Positions 53,901 through 64,000 of a stretch of DNA of 64,000 bases are shown here, piece after piece (positions within the stretch are counted from its first letter, which is position 1; the number at the start of each line of letters is the position of its first letter). Made by a program: the position numbers and the translations under genes. The notes beneath the pieces were generated by a model that made no database searches, was not told where the DNA came from, and saw only the letters and a list, made by a program, of their open reading frames with translations. The stretch comes from Antedon mediterranea (lineage: Eukaryota; Animalia; Echinodermata), in the NCBI RefSeq assembly GCF_964355755.1, contig NC_092675.1:25764912-25828911 (forward strand), read 5' to 3'.

Positions 53901-56900
53901 CTAGCCCAATATCCACCCCCATTATATCACAACTAAACGACTATTTTGGGATGGTTTTCCGTGATCTAACCGAGCTACAATATCAATACTTAGCAAAATA
54001 GATAAAATGATAATGTAATTAACGGTGAGGTCCCTAACCAACTTCACAACTACTGATGACATCATTTATTATTTTAAAATGTAATGTAAACTACCATGAA
54101 AATGAACCTAGCGTAAAATGTAATTAACCATACCTACTAAATGTATATTTATGAAAATTGTACAAGAAAAATATTAGGATAAAAAAAAAATTAGCATTCG
54201 TAATTTTTTTTTTCGGTTAAATGACTAAATAATTGGACCGTATACGACATGACTTTAAACAAACTAACTAGGTCTATGATATATTTTAAAAGAAAAACGT
54301 TAATATCGATTTCATTCGTAGGAAACAGCGTGATATTTAATAGTTAATGTGCAAATTTAAAAAAAAGTATGCGATTGAATTAGAAATAAATTCAGTTTAT
54401 AGAATAGGTCTAAAAGAGTACCACTACAAGTCAGACTTTCTACAGTAAAATCAAACTTCATTGTTAAACTAGCATCATCTAGATTTCCAAAGACAACTAA
54501 ACCGGTAACGATAACACCTGGATTTATGATCAAAGTGGAACTCTATATAATAGACCAATCCCACCTGCATCGTTGGTATTAGAGTAAATTAACAAAGATA
54601 AGTTGGCGGTAATTAAATACCCGACGGATACGTCAGACTATATTAACCGGAATTTATTGAAGCGTTGGAGGAAGTAAAATAAATTTTATGGTTTACTTAC
54701 ATAGTTTATGCATAATTATGTCATGAATATTATAACAATAGTAATAAATATAATGATGCGTTGATTATTATTATCATGGTTTGTCCAGCTGTGTCAATTG
54801 GTAATTTTAATATTTATGAATTGTTTATTTATATATTTATTGTTATTCTGTGTATTTTTTAAAAGAATAATATCACAGAGGAGTTATAGCATATTGAAAC
54901 TTTCACTAATTTTTGTTTGTGTTCATATTTGTTGGTATTCAAAGATGCCACATTATATAAAATAATTGTCTAACAACAACCAAGATTTTTGTCAAGACTT
55001 TTGTCAAGTTAGAGATATTGATATTCACTGACCGATAATCTATTCTTCCACAGTTAGCAGTTACTGACAATCTTGAAATTTACTTATTGTTTTGTAACCA
55101 ATTCTGAAAATGTCAATCTCGATAAAAAGACCAATTTTACAAATCTTTTATTCATTTTTTTTTAAATTAAACATTTTTAAATTATTTTTGTAGACTGATA
55201 TTTAGGGTCCCTCTTTAATGAATATGAAATACTGTACTAATAATAATATATATACTGACGTTTCAATATTACGCCATCATAGAAAAAAACTGAACATAAA
55301 TATAACTTAGACATGCACAAGGTGACAGTTGACGTCTGTGATTACATCGCCTATTTCCATCGGGAAATAACATTAAACATGAATTTTCTCTTCTTATTGG
55401 TAACATTAAACGTATTACAATTTAACTTAATTTAACAGTCAATGTGCTTTTTACACAGATTTGCGTCAATGTCGACAGCCCATGAGTTTCGTCAAACAAT
55501 CTTGAATGTAAATTAACCCGTATCAATTTAGTTGATTTATCAAAATTGAAAAAGAAAAATCACACTAAAACATACATGTGTCACGCCAATATGAAATGGT
55601 TCAGATGTTATACGTCAGACAAGAGTTATGAAAAAAAAACTAATATTTATCAAGTTTTGTAATTTTTTAGGTTGAATTTAAAGTGATTAAAAGCCCACTA
55701 GCACTTAGACTGTCGAGTAGTATGGATAATCTAACAATGATAGGTTATTAAATACTGTAAATGTCCAGGCTTTACGTCAACGAATTATTATGGAGCATCT
55801 ATCTAGTTATCAAACACTGGAGAAATAATTAATATTGAGGTTAGTTCATTCTAAATATACAGGAAAATCCTATGAAATGTACTTTTACTAATACAAAATT
55901 AGCGGAATAAAAAAAAAACTTGTGGTCAGAAAACATATATTCTCTCAATATTTGACTGTTCTTTTTAACATTTTTATAAACAAGTTACTACAGCCTGTAT
56001 ACATTTTAAATAGGTTAGGTCGAAAAATCATGGTAGAAATATGGTATATTTGTCTTATTTAATCTTGTATCAAATAAACTAATCTTCGACGACAAGCTGT
56101 CAATTCGCATTTCTATGTGTTTAAATGTGTAATTGTGTTTTGGTTTACTACAATTTACCCTTGTAACCTTTAAATATAATTATGTTAAATTAACTGAGAC
56201 TATTTTGTGAATTGCTTGCAGGCTTGTTTGCTATACAAGTGATAAAATGACTAAAATTGATTTTAGACGAACAATGCAATTACTGCATTGAATAACTAAT
56301 AGCAAAAGAAAAACACTTAAATATAACTACATGACCCTTGAAATTCTTTTACATAATATTAAAGCGGATAATTGTTACATAATATTAAAGCGGATAATTG
56401 TTACTCAAAATTAAAGGAACTAGGCATACACCCGAATCTGCATCTGTCGCTAGGTAGATAATAACTGGCTATTGAGAGTCACCTAGATACGAGTTAGGTT
56501 TGTTTTAATCCAGTCGTTTTTTTATGTAAAAACGTTTGATATGATAATATCATATATATTATTTATATAATGTGATATAATACTTTGGTATATTAATTTG
56601 TTTGTGTAACCGTGTAACTGCTTTACAAACTTAAAATCCGAAAAACGGCAAAAAAGAAAAAAAATGAGAGTCGCACCGGAGTACAGTCGCACAGTGACGA
56701 TTAGCGTTAAAAAATCATCGTATAAAATTGGATGGCGATTGATGACAATGCCGTAATTATTGCTACTGTATACAGATTTTGATCAAACTATTTAAATAAA
56801 ACTGTATAATATTTGTACTGTTCTTTTCCTCTTATAGGAGGTTGAACTCAAATGTTTTAGATAACAGAATAATTTAATTTTGCGAGGAAGCCTTTTTTTT

Positions 56901-59900
56901 CTTTTAACACTCTAGAGAACTGTGATTAGCATTACAAGATTGAAGTATCGCCCAAATATAGTAATATTATCGATTTTCACTAAATTCAATACGAGTTATG
57001 TTATGTAGTTGATTGAAATTTAGATGGCTGACAGAAATTCATAGGATTGCCCGATTTTCGTTAACGCCATGGACATTTTGTATCGACATTAAGCGATGCC
57101 AAAAATATGTGTAAATTGTAACGGAAAGTTGAATTCAAATGCTCATACCAATCTATAGTCCCTAATACATCATTGTTTTCGAAGTTACATATCTTTCAAA
57201 ATAATCCCAAAATAGATCAATAGAGATCAAGCGTGTCATAAATAATTCTCAGTTACAAAGATATCCCCACCTCACATACACACCCCTTGTTTAGTGGTGT
57301 ACCATCTACTAAGCCAATTATACTGAATTCCTCAACATATGTGGTATTACACTCTCAGTATACGGATGATTCTTATGTTTAGTAACTTATATAGATTCTT
57401 TCAATTATTCTTCCTTCCGTTTTCGGTTATACATACAATGCGTTGCGCACGATTACACGCGAGCGTGTTGTTGTTGACTTAACATAATTTTGGTGTGTAC
57501 ACCTGTTTGGTGTTCAAGCTGTTTCCGACCAACTGGCAAAAACAGGTGTTAAACTTTGGTCGCTTAGTTACGGATTCAGTTTGTTCCGCCCGTGCCAAAT
57601 ATCGTGTAGCAATTAATGATATTTAAAGAATGTGCTTTACGTTATTGGATTGCATTGTGTAAATCATATACACAATGAATTGTGTTGACGAATCTAATTA
57701 TAGATGTCATACGGTCATTCTGCATTATGATGATTCTTTGCTTTAGAATCTGTTTATTGCCTAAGCTACACCTTATACTCATATAGGCAAAGATTTAAGG
57801 CCAATTTACACAGACGAGCGCGTAGCATGCCCCATGTAGGATCTGTATATCCTTAATGGGAAAAAAGGCTTTGTGTAAATGGTATAAATAAGGAATAACA
57901 TAGATCCTATATTATTTGTATGCCTATTTACTGTGTAAACTGGCCTTCAAAGAGAATTGTTTCATTTTAGTCTTACTCTTCTAAAGCTTGGTTCCCACAT
58001 GGAGGCAACACAACGACGTATACGCAATGCAAGTGTGTTGTCCAGTAACAACCGACAGTTCGAATGACACATTGCATCGTGATTGGTCAAATACTTACGT
58101 CGTCCTTGCGTTGCGTCCTAGTGGAAAAGAAGCTTTACTAAAGGAAAGTCTAAACACACATTAGAGCCATAAATAGAGAGAGTTACGACTTTGAATGGAT
58201 TAGAAGCCATGTTTGTGTCCAACTACTATTCTTAAGTAGCGTATGGAGTTGAGTCTTTTGTTTTGAAAATGTATAACGTTCAAAAGGCTTTAATTATCGA
58301 ATTTAATATCAAAACAATCAATTTGTTTAAAGGTTTTTGTTAAAATAATTAGAAAATTATAAAGTTACTGCGAACATGATTTTAAACAACAAAAATAGCA
58401 ATTTCGGAACGGCTCTGGCTGTGCGCTCCATGCACGCGCCTACGCGTGTGCGTTTAGTCTGTACAGCGATTCTCTATAATAGTAATGCATTGTTTTTACA
58501 TTTTGTTGTTTAAAATCATGTTCGCAGTAACTTTATGATTTTTGATGGCGATTGATGAAAATTCCATAATTATTGCTACTGTGTGTATACAGATTTTTGA
58601 AACAAAAACTCTTTAAACAAATTGATTTTTTTTATATTATATTCGATATTTAAAGCCTTGTGAATGTTATACATTTTTTAAGCAAATGACTCGACCCTAT
58701 ACGCTATAATAAGCATAGTTGGACACAAAGATGGCCGGTGTGCACACCACGTGACTTTCTAAAATCTGTGAACGCAATGTCGAAACTCTCTCTATATATG
58801 GCTCTGACACACATCAAGGAAATGCGCCCTCTTCGGATGAATAATTTGAAAACTTTCATGATTGGTTCCCTTATTTTTATTTCCTTGGTCATTAAACAAA
58901 AGGTCATTACAAAAAAATGAATGACTCAGATCATGACCGTCATGATACCTTTTTATGTTATGTTATAAAATTGTATATGTTTGAAATATATTCGTACATG
59001 CACGAAGCTATGAAATCAATATGAAGAACTCCACTGGGGACAATTAAACGTTTGTATTGACATCTGCTACACAAACATAGGTTATTGGCTTAAGAGTTAA
59101 AAAACACGTTCGTAACTTACCGACTGCCTCTTCCACTGTCAAGACGCTATGCAAGGCTGCCTGAATGTTCCCTATGCGAATGTGAGCAATTATGGAAGTC
59201 AGGCCTGTTGTAACTAAAGCAACCTCCGTGCTCCACATCGCTGTTGCTAGGTTACCGTAAACGGTCGGAGTATGTGTAAATATGGTTCCATTTGGAGGAA
59301 TCCATGGTCCGCAGATACCATTACCAATCTAAAAATAAATCCGTAATAAGCAAATGAAAACTTACTTCCATAACATATTGCAATTTATAATAGGCCTAAG
59401 AATAAGAAGTAATTTCTGCCAATAAAAATAACACACACAAACAGAAATATATATACATATTTTTTCTCATTATCACAGATGTTTTCATCTTTATCGTTTA
59501 AAATTAATTAATTAAATTTCACCGGGCGGTTTACAATTTATTCTGTGCCTGTGTGATGTTTATATACATGAAGGGCTAGTGTTGTCTGAAAGCTCTGCTA
59601 ACGTTTCCGGCTGTTTTACTTTATCGTTTTGATTTAGCTTTTCGCTTTTTTTTTTGTACCTCCAATGAGATCCATCCACTAATTTTTGTTTTAGTAATTT
59701 GCCTTTGGATTTATATATGCATATATATAAACTATAAAGTACCTCCTCTCATGTTCACATTGAATAATGATACATAGGCCTATTTCTTACCACACTTTGA
59801 GGACATGAGTGGACATTAATATGATGTAAGCAGCAGTTATTCTCGTCGTAACTTGTATCCCTATCGTCACATGTAGTATTATAGCAAAAATCCTTTGCTT

Positions 59901-62601
59901 CTGCTACAGAGCTGAAATAAACCAAACTTGTGTAAATCATGAGATAAAATACATGCAATTTTACTTGGAGGGTTAGCGAAGTTTTTTTTTTCTTTTTCTT
60001 TTTTCTTATGATATTCAACAACTATTGAATGGGCATTTGATTAATTCATTGTATTTGTTATCCTGTATGTTATTATATTGTGGAAATAAATAAAATAAAA
60101 TAAATTGAAAAATGATAATTATTTACATTACGTTAAATGTTAATATTGTTTTCAGGCTATAGGCCTATATGTGTTTTTTGATAAAAATGTCCATCTTATA
60201 GGTTTAGTTGTTACTAATTTAATTTTACATCCAAACTAATTACGTGTAACACGTAGGCTCATAAAAGGCGGGTTATCGTACCATAATGCCACTAAGCGGT
60301 AGCAAATGCCCATCAAATAATATTGCATGGACCTATATATCGATGTACAGGTCTATGTTTATTGTACAAACTGTTCAAAATTAAGCCCCTTGTCATGTTT
60401 ATTCAACCTACTACAAAAAAAAAAAAATAATATTTCCATTTCAGGTTTTACATACTTTTTGTTTAGTATTCGTCCATGTAACAGGGCATAATCTGAATTA
60501 GTATCTATCGCCCATTCGAAAAATTCATCAGTAGCTGATAAACTGTAATTTACATAAAATGTCTCCTCGGCGACAACTGTGCTGGGAACATCACCAACCC
60601 AAGCAAACGATAAGCCTAAATTGAGAAACAAATATTAAAATTTGTTAAAATCATCAATAATATACTCGTTTTACGAGTGGCAGTTTCAGGACGTTATTTT
60701 TGTGATAAAATATCATTCTGTCTGGGCATACATTATTTTGTGTAAAACTAACACAACCTTATTTTCTATCAATGTCAACAATATTTATTTACTTTTCATT
60801 TTACATTTTATGGAAATGCGAATGTGAATGGCGCATAACATCGAAGTGTTGACGTTTTTTAGTAAAAATTGTCCACAAAACTGAAAAAGTAAATTACATT
60901 TGGAATAGATTATAATTTTGCCAATAACACATAACTCGTTACTTCATCATCGATAATAATAATATAATTCAATAATAATAATAAAAATATAATTTTAGAA
61001 TGGACAGCATTGGACCGCTGATAATGAATTAACACAACCGTAAATATTTAAAGCTTGGTTCCCACTAGGCCGCAACGCAAGGACGTAAACGCAACGCAAG
61101 CGAGTTGACCAATAAAAAGCGACAGTTCGATTAACTTATCGCTTCTGATTGGTCAAATCCCTTACGTTGCGTTACGTCGTTGTGTTGCGTCTCTAGTGGG
61201 AACCACGCATAAGATGGTCTGTACGTATTCATAATTAGCGTGGACGCAACGCAATGGCGCACGCAACGCAAGTTACGCATTATAAAGCGTGGTTCCCACT
61301 ATAACGCAACGCAGCGACGTATCGACGCAAAATGGTGTATTGCGTAAACACAAGTGGGAACCAACGACGCAATAGTGCTGCAAACATTGCAGGTTTGATT
61401 TCATTTTCTAACGTTGCGTAAGTTGCGTTACGTTGCATCGCTAGTGAGAACCACGCTTTAGCGACAGTTTGAATGCATGATCCACCACCGCGTCGTGATT
61501 GGTCAAATTACTAGCGGTCCGCTTCGTCCGGTCCTTGCCATCCAAATGAGAACGCTTTAACCTTACTTCGGTAATGTACTGAATTGTTACAAAGAAATAC
61601 AACTTACTTAATTACAACTATGAAAAGGGTCACAGCAAGTGTAGTATAATCATCAGAAATATAACAACAAAACCAAAATGGAAGTACTAGATACTGTCGA
61701 TTATACTCATTAGTACGGGAATGAAAGGTAGTCATTTTGAAAATAATTAGCCTACATTTCTTGAATGTTTCTCCAGACAATTTATGCTAACTTCACTTCA
61801 TATATCTAATCGATTTCATCATGTTATTATTCACAATATTAATCTTCGGTGCCGTTTTCTTACTGTATGCAAGAATCGTGCTTCAAGTTAGCATCACTGC
61901 TTTTTTCGTCGAATCATAAAAAAAAAACGTTCATACAATACTCGTTTGCACTTTCTTCATAAGGAAAAAACACAGTAACATTTACGAATAACTCCATGTT
62001 TTAAAACTTTAATTCTGTGTTAAGAAAGTGAATACAATGAGACAAATAGGCCTACAATTAGGCCTATTATCGATTTTTTTTATATTTTATCGATATATCA
62101 ATATTGATTGCTTGGTGCTCGTGTAGCCTAATCATTTTCTTTTGATGCTGCCTTCAAAATGCAAAACACGAAGAGGATGTTTATGTTATATTTTCAGAAG
62201 TCATATTCATATAAATATAATAAGTTACATATAGGAACCGGCCAAAAAACAATACACCAATGCACTAAGCAAATTATCGACATAATAGAGTGTTCAAATT
62301 AAAAATGCTTTTAATGTTTACGTTTCATAACATTTATCAACAGTCTAGTCATTTATTAACAGTCTAGTTCAAATTAATAGTTGATACTGATAGTGCAAAA
62401 GTAAGATCAGGGAATGAAGGATGAAAAATGAAATTGAAGTAGGTGAGCCTAACAAATAATAAATCTACAATTTGTAAAAAAATAATAATAAACTTTACCT
62501 TTTGCGCGACAGTCAAATACATTGTCTTTATCTTCAGATCCAGCATCTAACGACCAACAGTGAAAAGTTGAATCACCCAAATTATGCCATCCATAACCTC
62601 T
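15494..62601 (-). CDS. Receptor (membrane) guanylyl cyclase with an atypical Cys-rich ectodomain; 5'-partial, 897 aa visible
   Basis: 20 GT-AG exons with consistent phases: 62601-62499, 60615-60456, 59911-59791, 59328-59121, 48948-48797 (Cys module plus [22 protein letters not shown]), 46819-46747, 46275-46134, 39147-39061 (LAVK), 38909-38766 (TEYCPKGS), 38043-37922 ([20 protein letters not shown]), 32990-32849 (DYG...DVYS), 31883-31718, 30102-29889 (coiled coil [19 protein letters not shown]), 28321-28234, 27561-27422 ([16 protein letters not shown]), 21101-20949 (YMVVSGLP..GIHSG), 18272-18174 ([19 protein letters not shown]), 17885-17794, 16417-16201 (GKGMMRTYW), 15564-15494 (stop). The Glu in VETIGD and Cys in RYCLFG are the GTP-specificity residues. 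Confidence 0.93.
16050..16176. mobile_element. Short MITE (AGCTCTGTCTACAC...GTGTAGACAGAGCT family)
   Basis: TIRs AGCTCTGTCTACAATATC and ATATTGTAGACATAGCT. Related copies at 32522-32660, 44975-45119 and, partially, 63900-64000. Confidence 0.7.
21494..21677 (-). mobile_element. Penelope-like terminal repeat fragment with an internal ~63-bp tandem duplication
   Basis: Reverse complement of the repeat at 49209-49320. ATCCAAAGGCAAATAACTGAAAAAATGACAATG.TGTGGGTAT.AGTGGCTGGAT.TCAATGGA occurs twice. Confidence 0.6.
22840..23122 (+). mobile_element. Degenerate tRNA-headed SINE-like element
   Basis: A-box-like TGGCCGAGCAGTTAAGGC at about 22847, a GC-richer body and a terminal A-run at about 23114-23123. 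No clean B box is visible. Confidence 0.35.
23205..26700 (-). mobile_element. LINE retrotransposon (L2/CR1/Crack-like) inside the guanylyl cyclase intron 21102-27421
   Basis: Intact APE-RT ORF2, a ~400-bp 3' UTR, AATAAA at 23227-23222 followed by a (TA)n tail. The 5' boundary and TSD could not be resolved. Confidence 0.9.
23613..26669 (-). CDS. LINE ORF2: apurinic-like endonuclease plus reverse transcriptase
   Basis: Open stop-to-stop from 26669 to 23613 (1018 sense codons). APE motifs [32 protein letters not shown] and SDH; RT motifs [32 protein letters not shown] and HLG. The first ATG, at 26219, falls inside the endonuclease domain. Confidence 0.92.
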   Translation of the reverse strand, partial: PKSLRSTLKPESEKETNNTTECSQAIDDVLINDNHSYVINNRNNTITDINQIVKKDPHIFEELNQKGFIFAHLNIRSLDLHFDELQRILNNNNFNVFGLSETFLDNTFIDEDFHVDNYILHRLDRRKTKKGGGVALYINLKTNHKIRNDLMCNELELLSIEIVRDKCKNLIVLLWYRPPNTTAVLFEYLQNIFQKIELEHKDIMMMGDLNCDVMSDNPHCYTKKLIELSENFNLKQIIEEPTRIEKHSSTLIDVMYFSNVSKILKSGVIHVGLSDHSMPFAIIGKGAKNNKDSNKTNKIIKQDHNYKMTRNFKKFNEDSFLNDLLMVNWNGITASGDVSQSAKLLETTLTNILDKHAPWKKHRVRKKTAPWLSDDVIENMRERDKLKRECKHSKNESLWKRYRKYRNMCNKLIRKSKANFIQESIKENKNDVKKTWDTIRYIISSKKKTQTIQTICNDNGDVLYKAKDIANEINTFFSNIGSNLASQIHEPINDINYDEIDAFTENNFEFEHITCEFVYKYLSNLSKNKATGHDNLPPGILKLSAPIISPTITRIINHSFTTCKFPNTWKIAKVTPIFKNGEKTNPNNYRPISVLPILSKIIERVVFNQLYAFLNNNNLLCINQSGFRPSYSTSTALTKVTEDWYSAIDEGKLVGICLLDFKKAFDTVNHNILLSKLRLYGLSKYVLKWFESYLSERKQFTNVNNTLSDYTHIQCGVPQGSIVGPLAFLLYINDLSKVVNKCKISMYADDTIIYCSSKNENEIYQSINEELIQIDDWLKNNKLSLNVSKSEFMLIGSTNRLATTKEKNRSVNIDNDVVPRVRYCKHLGIIIDEHLSWKNQIEYIRGKALNGLGMLRRCSYYFPQNILKHIANSIVIPYLSYCNIIWGNSSQTLMKRVQTIQNRTARIVCGLTWDTPSSEALRQINWSPLFYQDRYECCMVIYKVLTDNAPPYLNNVFTFNDINYNLRHSDTHLFIPKPKTDFKKRSLSYRGAIIWNSLNVDTLPNSVKLFKTYLKNAL
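27732..28128. repeat. Two-copy tandem duplication, ~198-bp unit
   Basis: CTCCAGA.TCATGCTTTGAATTTAAAAGTAT...CTTACATAATC is repeated at about 27732 and 27930 with moderate divergence. Confidence 0.85.
32522..32660. mobile_element. MITE, AGCTCTGTCTACAC family
   Basis: AGCTCTATCTAACTGTCAAAC ... AGTTTGATAGTGTAGACAAAGTT; shares the core CCAAATATGGTAGTGATATGA with the other copies. Confidence 0.65.
33241..33395. repeat. GC-rich minisatellite, ~16-bp unit (GGGGCCGAGTTGACTT), about 9-10 degenerate copies
   Basis: Directly visible tandem GGCCGA(G/C)TTGAC(T/C)T units with no unique spacers. Confidence 0.85.
40221..40347. mobile_element. Harbinger-like MITE (AGCTTGGTTCCCACTAG family)
   Basis: AGCTTAGTTCCCAATAAGACGC ... 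CGTCCTAGTGGGAATCAAGCT. Confidence 0.7.
40565..43699. repeat. Tandem duplication of ~1.57 kb (40565-42142 and 42143-43699), intronic
   Basis: Both units start TAATTATTATCATTATTTTTGCTTCC and end CCAATTCATGTCATAATTCTTTTC. They are nearly identical, with scattered substitutions and small indels. Confidence 0.95.
44975..45119. mobile_element. MITE, AGCTCTGTCTACAC family
   Basis: AGCCTTGTCTACACTATC ... GATAGTGTAGACAGAGCT, flanked by T/A triplets. Confidence 0.75.
49150..49320 (+). mobile_element. Penelope-like terminal repeat fragment carrying the hammerhead
   Basis: Repeated at 59568-59712 (+), 21494-21677 (-) and partly at about 36670-36702. The three longer copies abut TA-rich microsatellite-like sequence. 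Confidence 0.6.
49162..49203 (+). ncRNA. Minimal type I hammerhead ribozyme of Penelope-like-element type
   Basis: TTGCA-CTGATGA-A-GGGC-tagcgtt-GCCC-GAAA-GC-TC-TGC(T)AA: intact catalytic boxes, stem II, a palindromic AGCT in place of stem III, and a short stem I. Predicted cleavage after C49197. Confidence 0.7.
51900..52250. mobile_element. Two tRNA-derived SINE copies in inverted (tail-to-tail) orientation
   Basis: A + copy at about 51900-52078 and a - copy at about 52100-52250 share ...TTGGGGCG(A/G)CTTTTTCTCATTC...AATTAATTAA...TCAC.GG.GGTTTAGAAT. The - copy shows an A box (TAATGGTTA), an anticodon-like CTGC-atatcaa-GCAG hairpin and a B box (GAGTTCGGATC). Confidence 0.65.
53676..53835. mobile_element. 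Near-perfect palindromic Harbinger-like MITE
   Basis: AGCCGATTTTCCACTAGGCG...CGAAAG.GTCAGCTTA.ACGCATGCGTA on the left arm and TACGCATGCGTATAAGCTGACGCTTTCG...CGCCTAGTGGAAAATCGGCT on the right. Confidence 0.8.
57797..58134. mobile_element. Two adjacent Harbinger-like MITEs (57797-57947 and 57985-58134)
   Basis: First: AGGCCAATTTACACAG ... CTGTGTAAACTGGCCT. Second: AGCTTGGTTCCCAC ... CTAGTGGAAAAGAAGCT. Confidence 0.7.
58206..58735. mobile_element. ~530-bp foldback element with ~190-bp inverted arms
   Basis: GCCAT.TTTGTGTCCAACTA...ATAAAGTTACTGCGAACATGATTTTAAACAACAAAA on the left is mirrored by TTTTGTTGTTTAAAATCATGTTCGCAGTAACTTTAT...TAGTTGGACACAAAGATGGC on the right. Confidence 0.8.
59460..59712 (+). 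mobile_element. SINE 3' half joined to a Penelope-like fragment with a truncated hammerhead
   Basis: 59460-59565 matches the SINE body at 63085-63230. 59568-59712 matches 49170-49320 but lacks the CTG of CTGATGA. Confidence 0.65.
61052..61457. mobile_element. Cluster of AGC(T/G)TGGTTCCCACTA MITEs (61052-61209 and 61286-61457)
   Basis: Paired TIRs and internal ACGCA/TGCGT repeats. The second copy interrupts a third, older copy (about 61238-61555). Confidence 0.75.
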
Positions 62602-62641
62602 CTAAATAAATAAGAAAAAAACCATTTAGAGCATACGATTA

Positions 62642-63799
62642 TTAAAGACCCATTCCCTACAATTTGTGACTTTTTTTCACGCCGCTGCTCTAGCCAGCTA
62701 GGTCCCATGAGGACTACTCATTTATAAGCTAAAGCAAGCAGCAGTTATAGGCCTAGTATCTAAGACCGGCAGTTTTGCGACTTTGTAAACTCGACTATAA
62801 TTTATAGTCACTTGTATCACCGTGAAGTCACGTTGTCTCTAGAGGGTATTCAGTTGCATGCCTATAGGCTGACGTCACACACACAGCACATTAAAGTTCA
62901 AAATTGACCATTTTTAAATGGGCATGTGATTTTTAAAGAACTATCTTTGATTTGTATGTATTTTTTCCGATTAAAGAACATCTTTTTAATAATTAATCAT
63001 AAATATATCTGAAGAAAGAACAATGATTAATTTTAAAATTTCGAGCAGCGTTTATTGTAAGAAATATTTCTTGTTTAATAATGCATAAGAAGGTCTGGGT
63101 TCGAGTCTCGGTTGGGGCGACTTTTTCTCATTCTCACAGAATTTCTTATCTTATCGTTTCAAATTAATTAATTAAATTTCAGTATATCACCGGGCGGTTT
63201 AGAGTTAATGTTCTTTGCCTGTTGTGTTTATTATAATATACTTTAAAAGCATTAAACCAGGTCATTCCTGGTCTTAAATATGTACGTTTTATGGTAAATT
63301 ATGATAAAAAGAGAGAAACAATGCACTACCTAAGTACCTCGCGGTGAATGTCCTCTCGTGGACGGTCTTTAGGCCTAGCCTAGCTCGGCTTGGTTTTGCA
63401 GGCCTATAGCTGGTAAACATCGGTACGGTAACGTACAAACATCGTACACTAGCTAATAGGCCTAGCCTAACTTTGCATAGTTGCTGTATTAATTGTCTTT
63501 CTATTTTTTTCAGAATCCGTTGATTGGTGAAAACCCGGCATTTTCATCCATTTGTTTTGGCCTTACGATCGATCGAAAAGTGAGTGATAGCTTACAGAAG
63601 AAAATATCAATCCGCGCCCAATGCATGTTGGGATTTATAGTGGGCCGCTTAAATGATTAGAATCGACTTATTTTTCACATTTTTAAGCGTTTAAAGACGA
63701 AAAAAGTTATCTCAATACCACCATATAGTATTTATTTTTATATTAAATGTAGTTTGTGACCTTGAATTAGATCTAAAAAACGAGTGAATGAGACTTTAA
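62642..63799. mobile_element. Possible TTAA-flanked (Kolobok-like) non-autonomous element with a nested SINE
   Basis: Termini TTAAAGACCCATTCCCT and GAGTGAATGAGACTTTAA form an imperfect inverted match. Confidence 0.4.
63085..63230 (+). mobile_element. tRNA-derived SINE copy
   Basis: B box GGTTCGAGTCTC followed by GGTTGGGGCGACTTTTTCTCATTCTC...AATTAATTAATTAAATTTC..CACCGGGCGGTTTA, as in the 51.9-kb and 59.5-kb copies. Confidence 0.7.
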
Positions 63800-64000
63800 A
63801 TGAAAATTATGAAAATTGTTATGATATTGATAACCGGCGCAACAAGTGGAATTAGGACAAACAAAAATACTACAAATGATGATGAAATGATGTTGTTAAG
63901 ATTTGTCTCCACTGTCACATTTTATGTGACAATATAATGTGATATGCCCATGGACATGACGATGTCATATTTAAGTATATCACCACCATATTTGGGGACA

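Noticed and set aside
61560-61735. Possible signal-peptide exon for the cyclase (MTTFHSRT...[10 protein letters not shown])
   Set aside because: It lies downstream of the phase-consistent exon 62601-62499 and its donor phase does not match the next exon. The true first exon is probably beyond 64000.

Overview
AT-rich, intron-rich animal genomic DNA; the repeat landscape suggests a marine invertebrate, possibly an echinoderm (inference only). Three spliced protein-coding genes could be assembled by hand with consistent GT-AG junctions and intron phases. (1) The 5' part of REXO1 (- strand, 5 exons, running off the left edge). (2) Head-to-head with it, a complete 5-exon + strand gene for a 220-aa predicted secreted protein: signal peptide, one EGFR/ErbB domain-III-type receptor L domain and the first Cys module of domain IV, with no TM or kinase domain, a candidate soluble ligand decoy. 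(3) A single-pass receptor guanylyl cyclase of at least 47 kb (- strand, 20 exons visible, first exon not found). It has normal kinase-homology, coiled-coil and cyclase domains, but its visible ectodomain is short, Cys-rich and unlike the ANF-receptor fold. The introns hold an intact L2/CR1-type LINE ORF2, a Rex/Babar-like LINE tail, Penelope-type fragments with minimal hammerhead ribozyme cores, tRNA-derived SINEs, several MITE and foldback families, and a ~1.57-kb tandem duplication. All homology calls are by eye; no database search was run.
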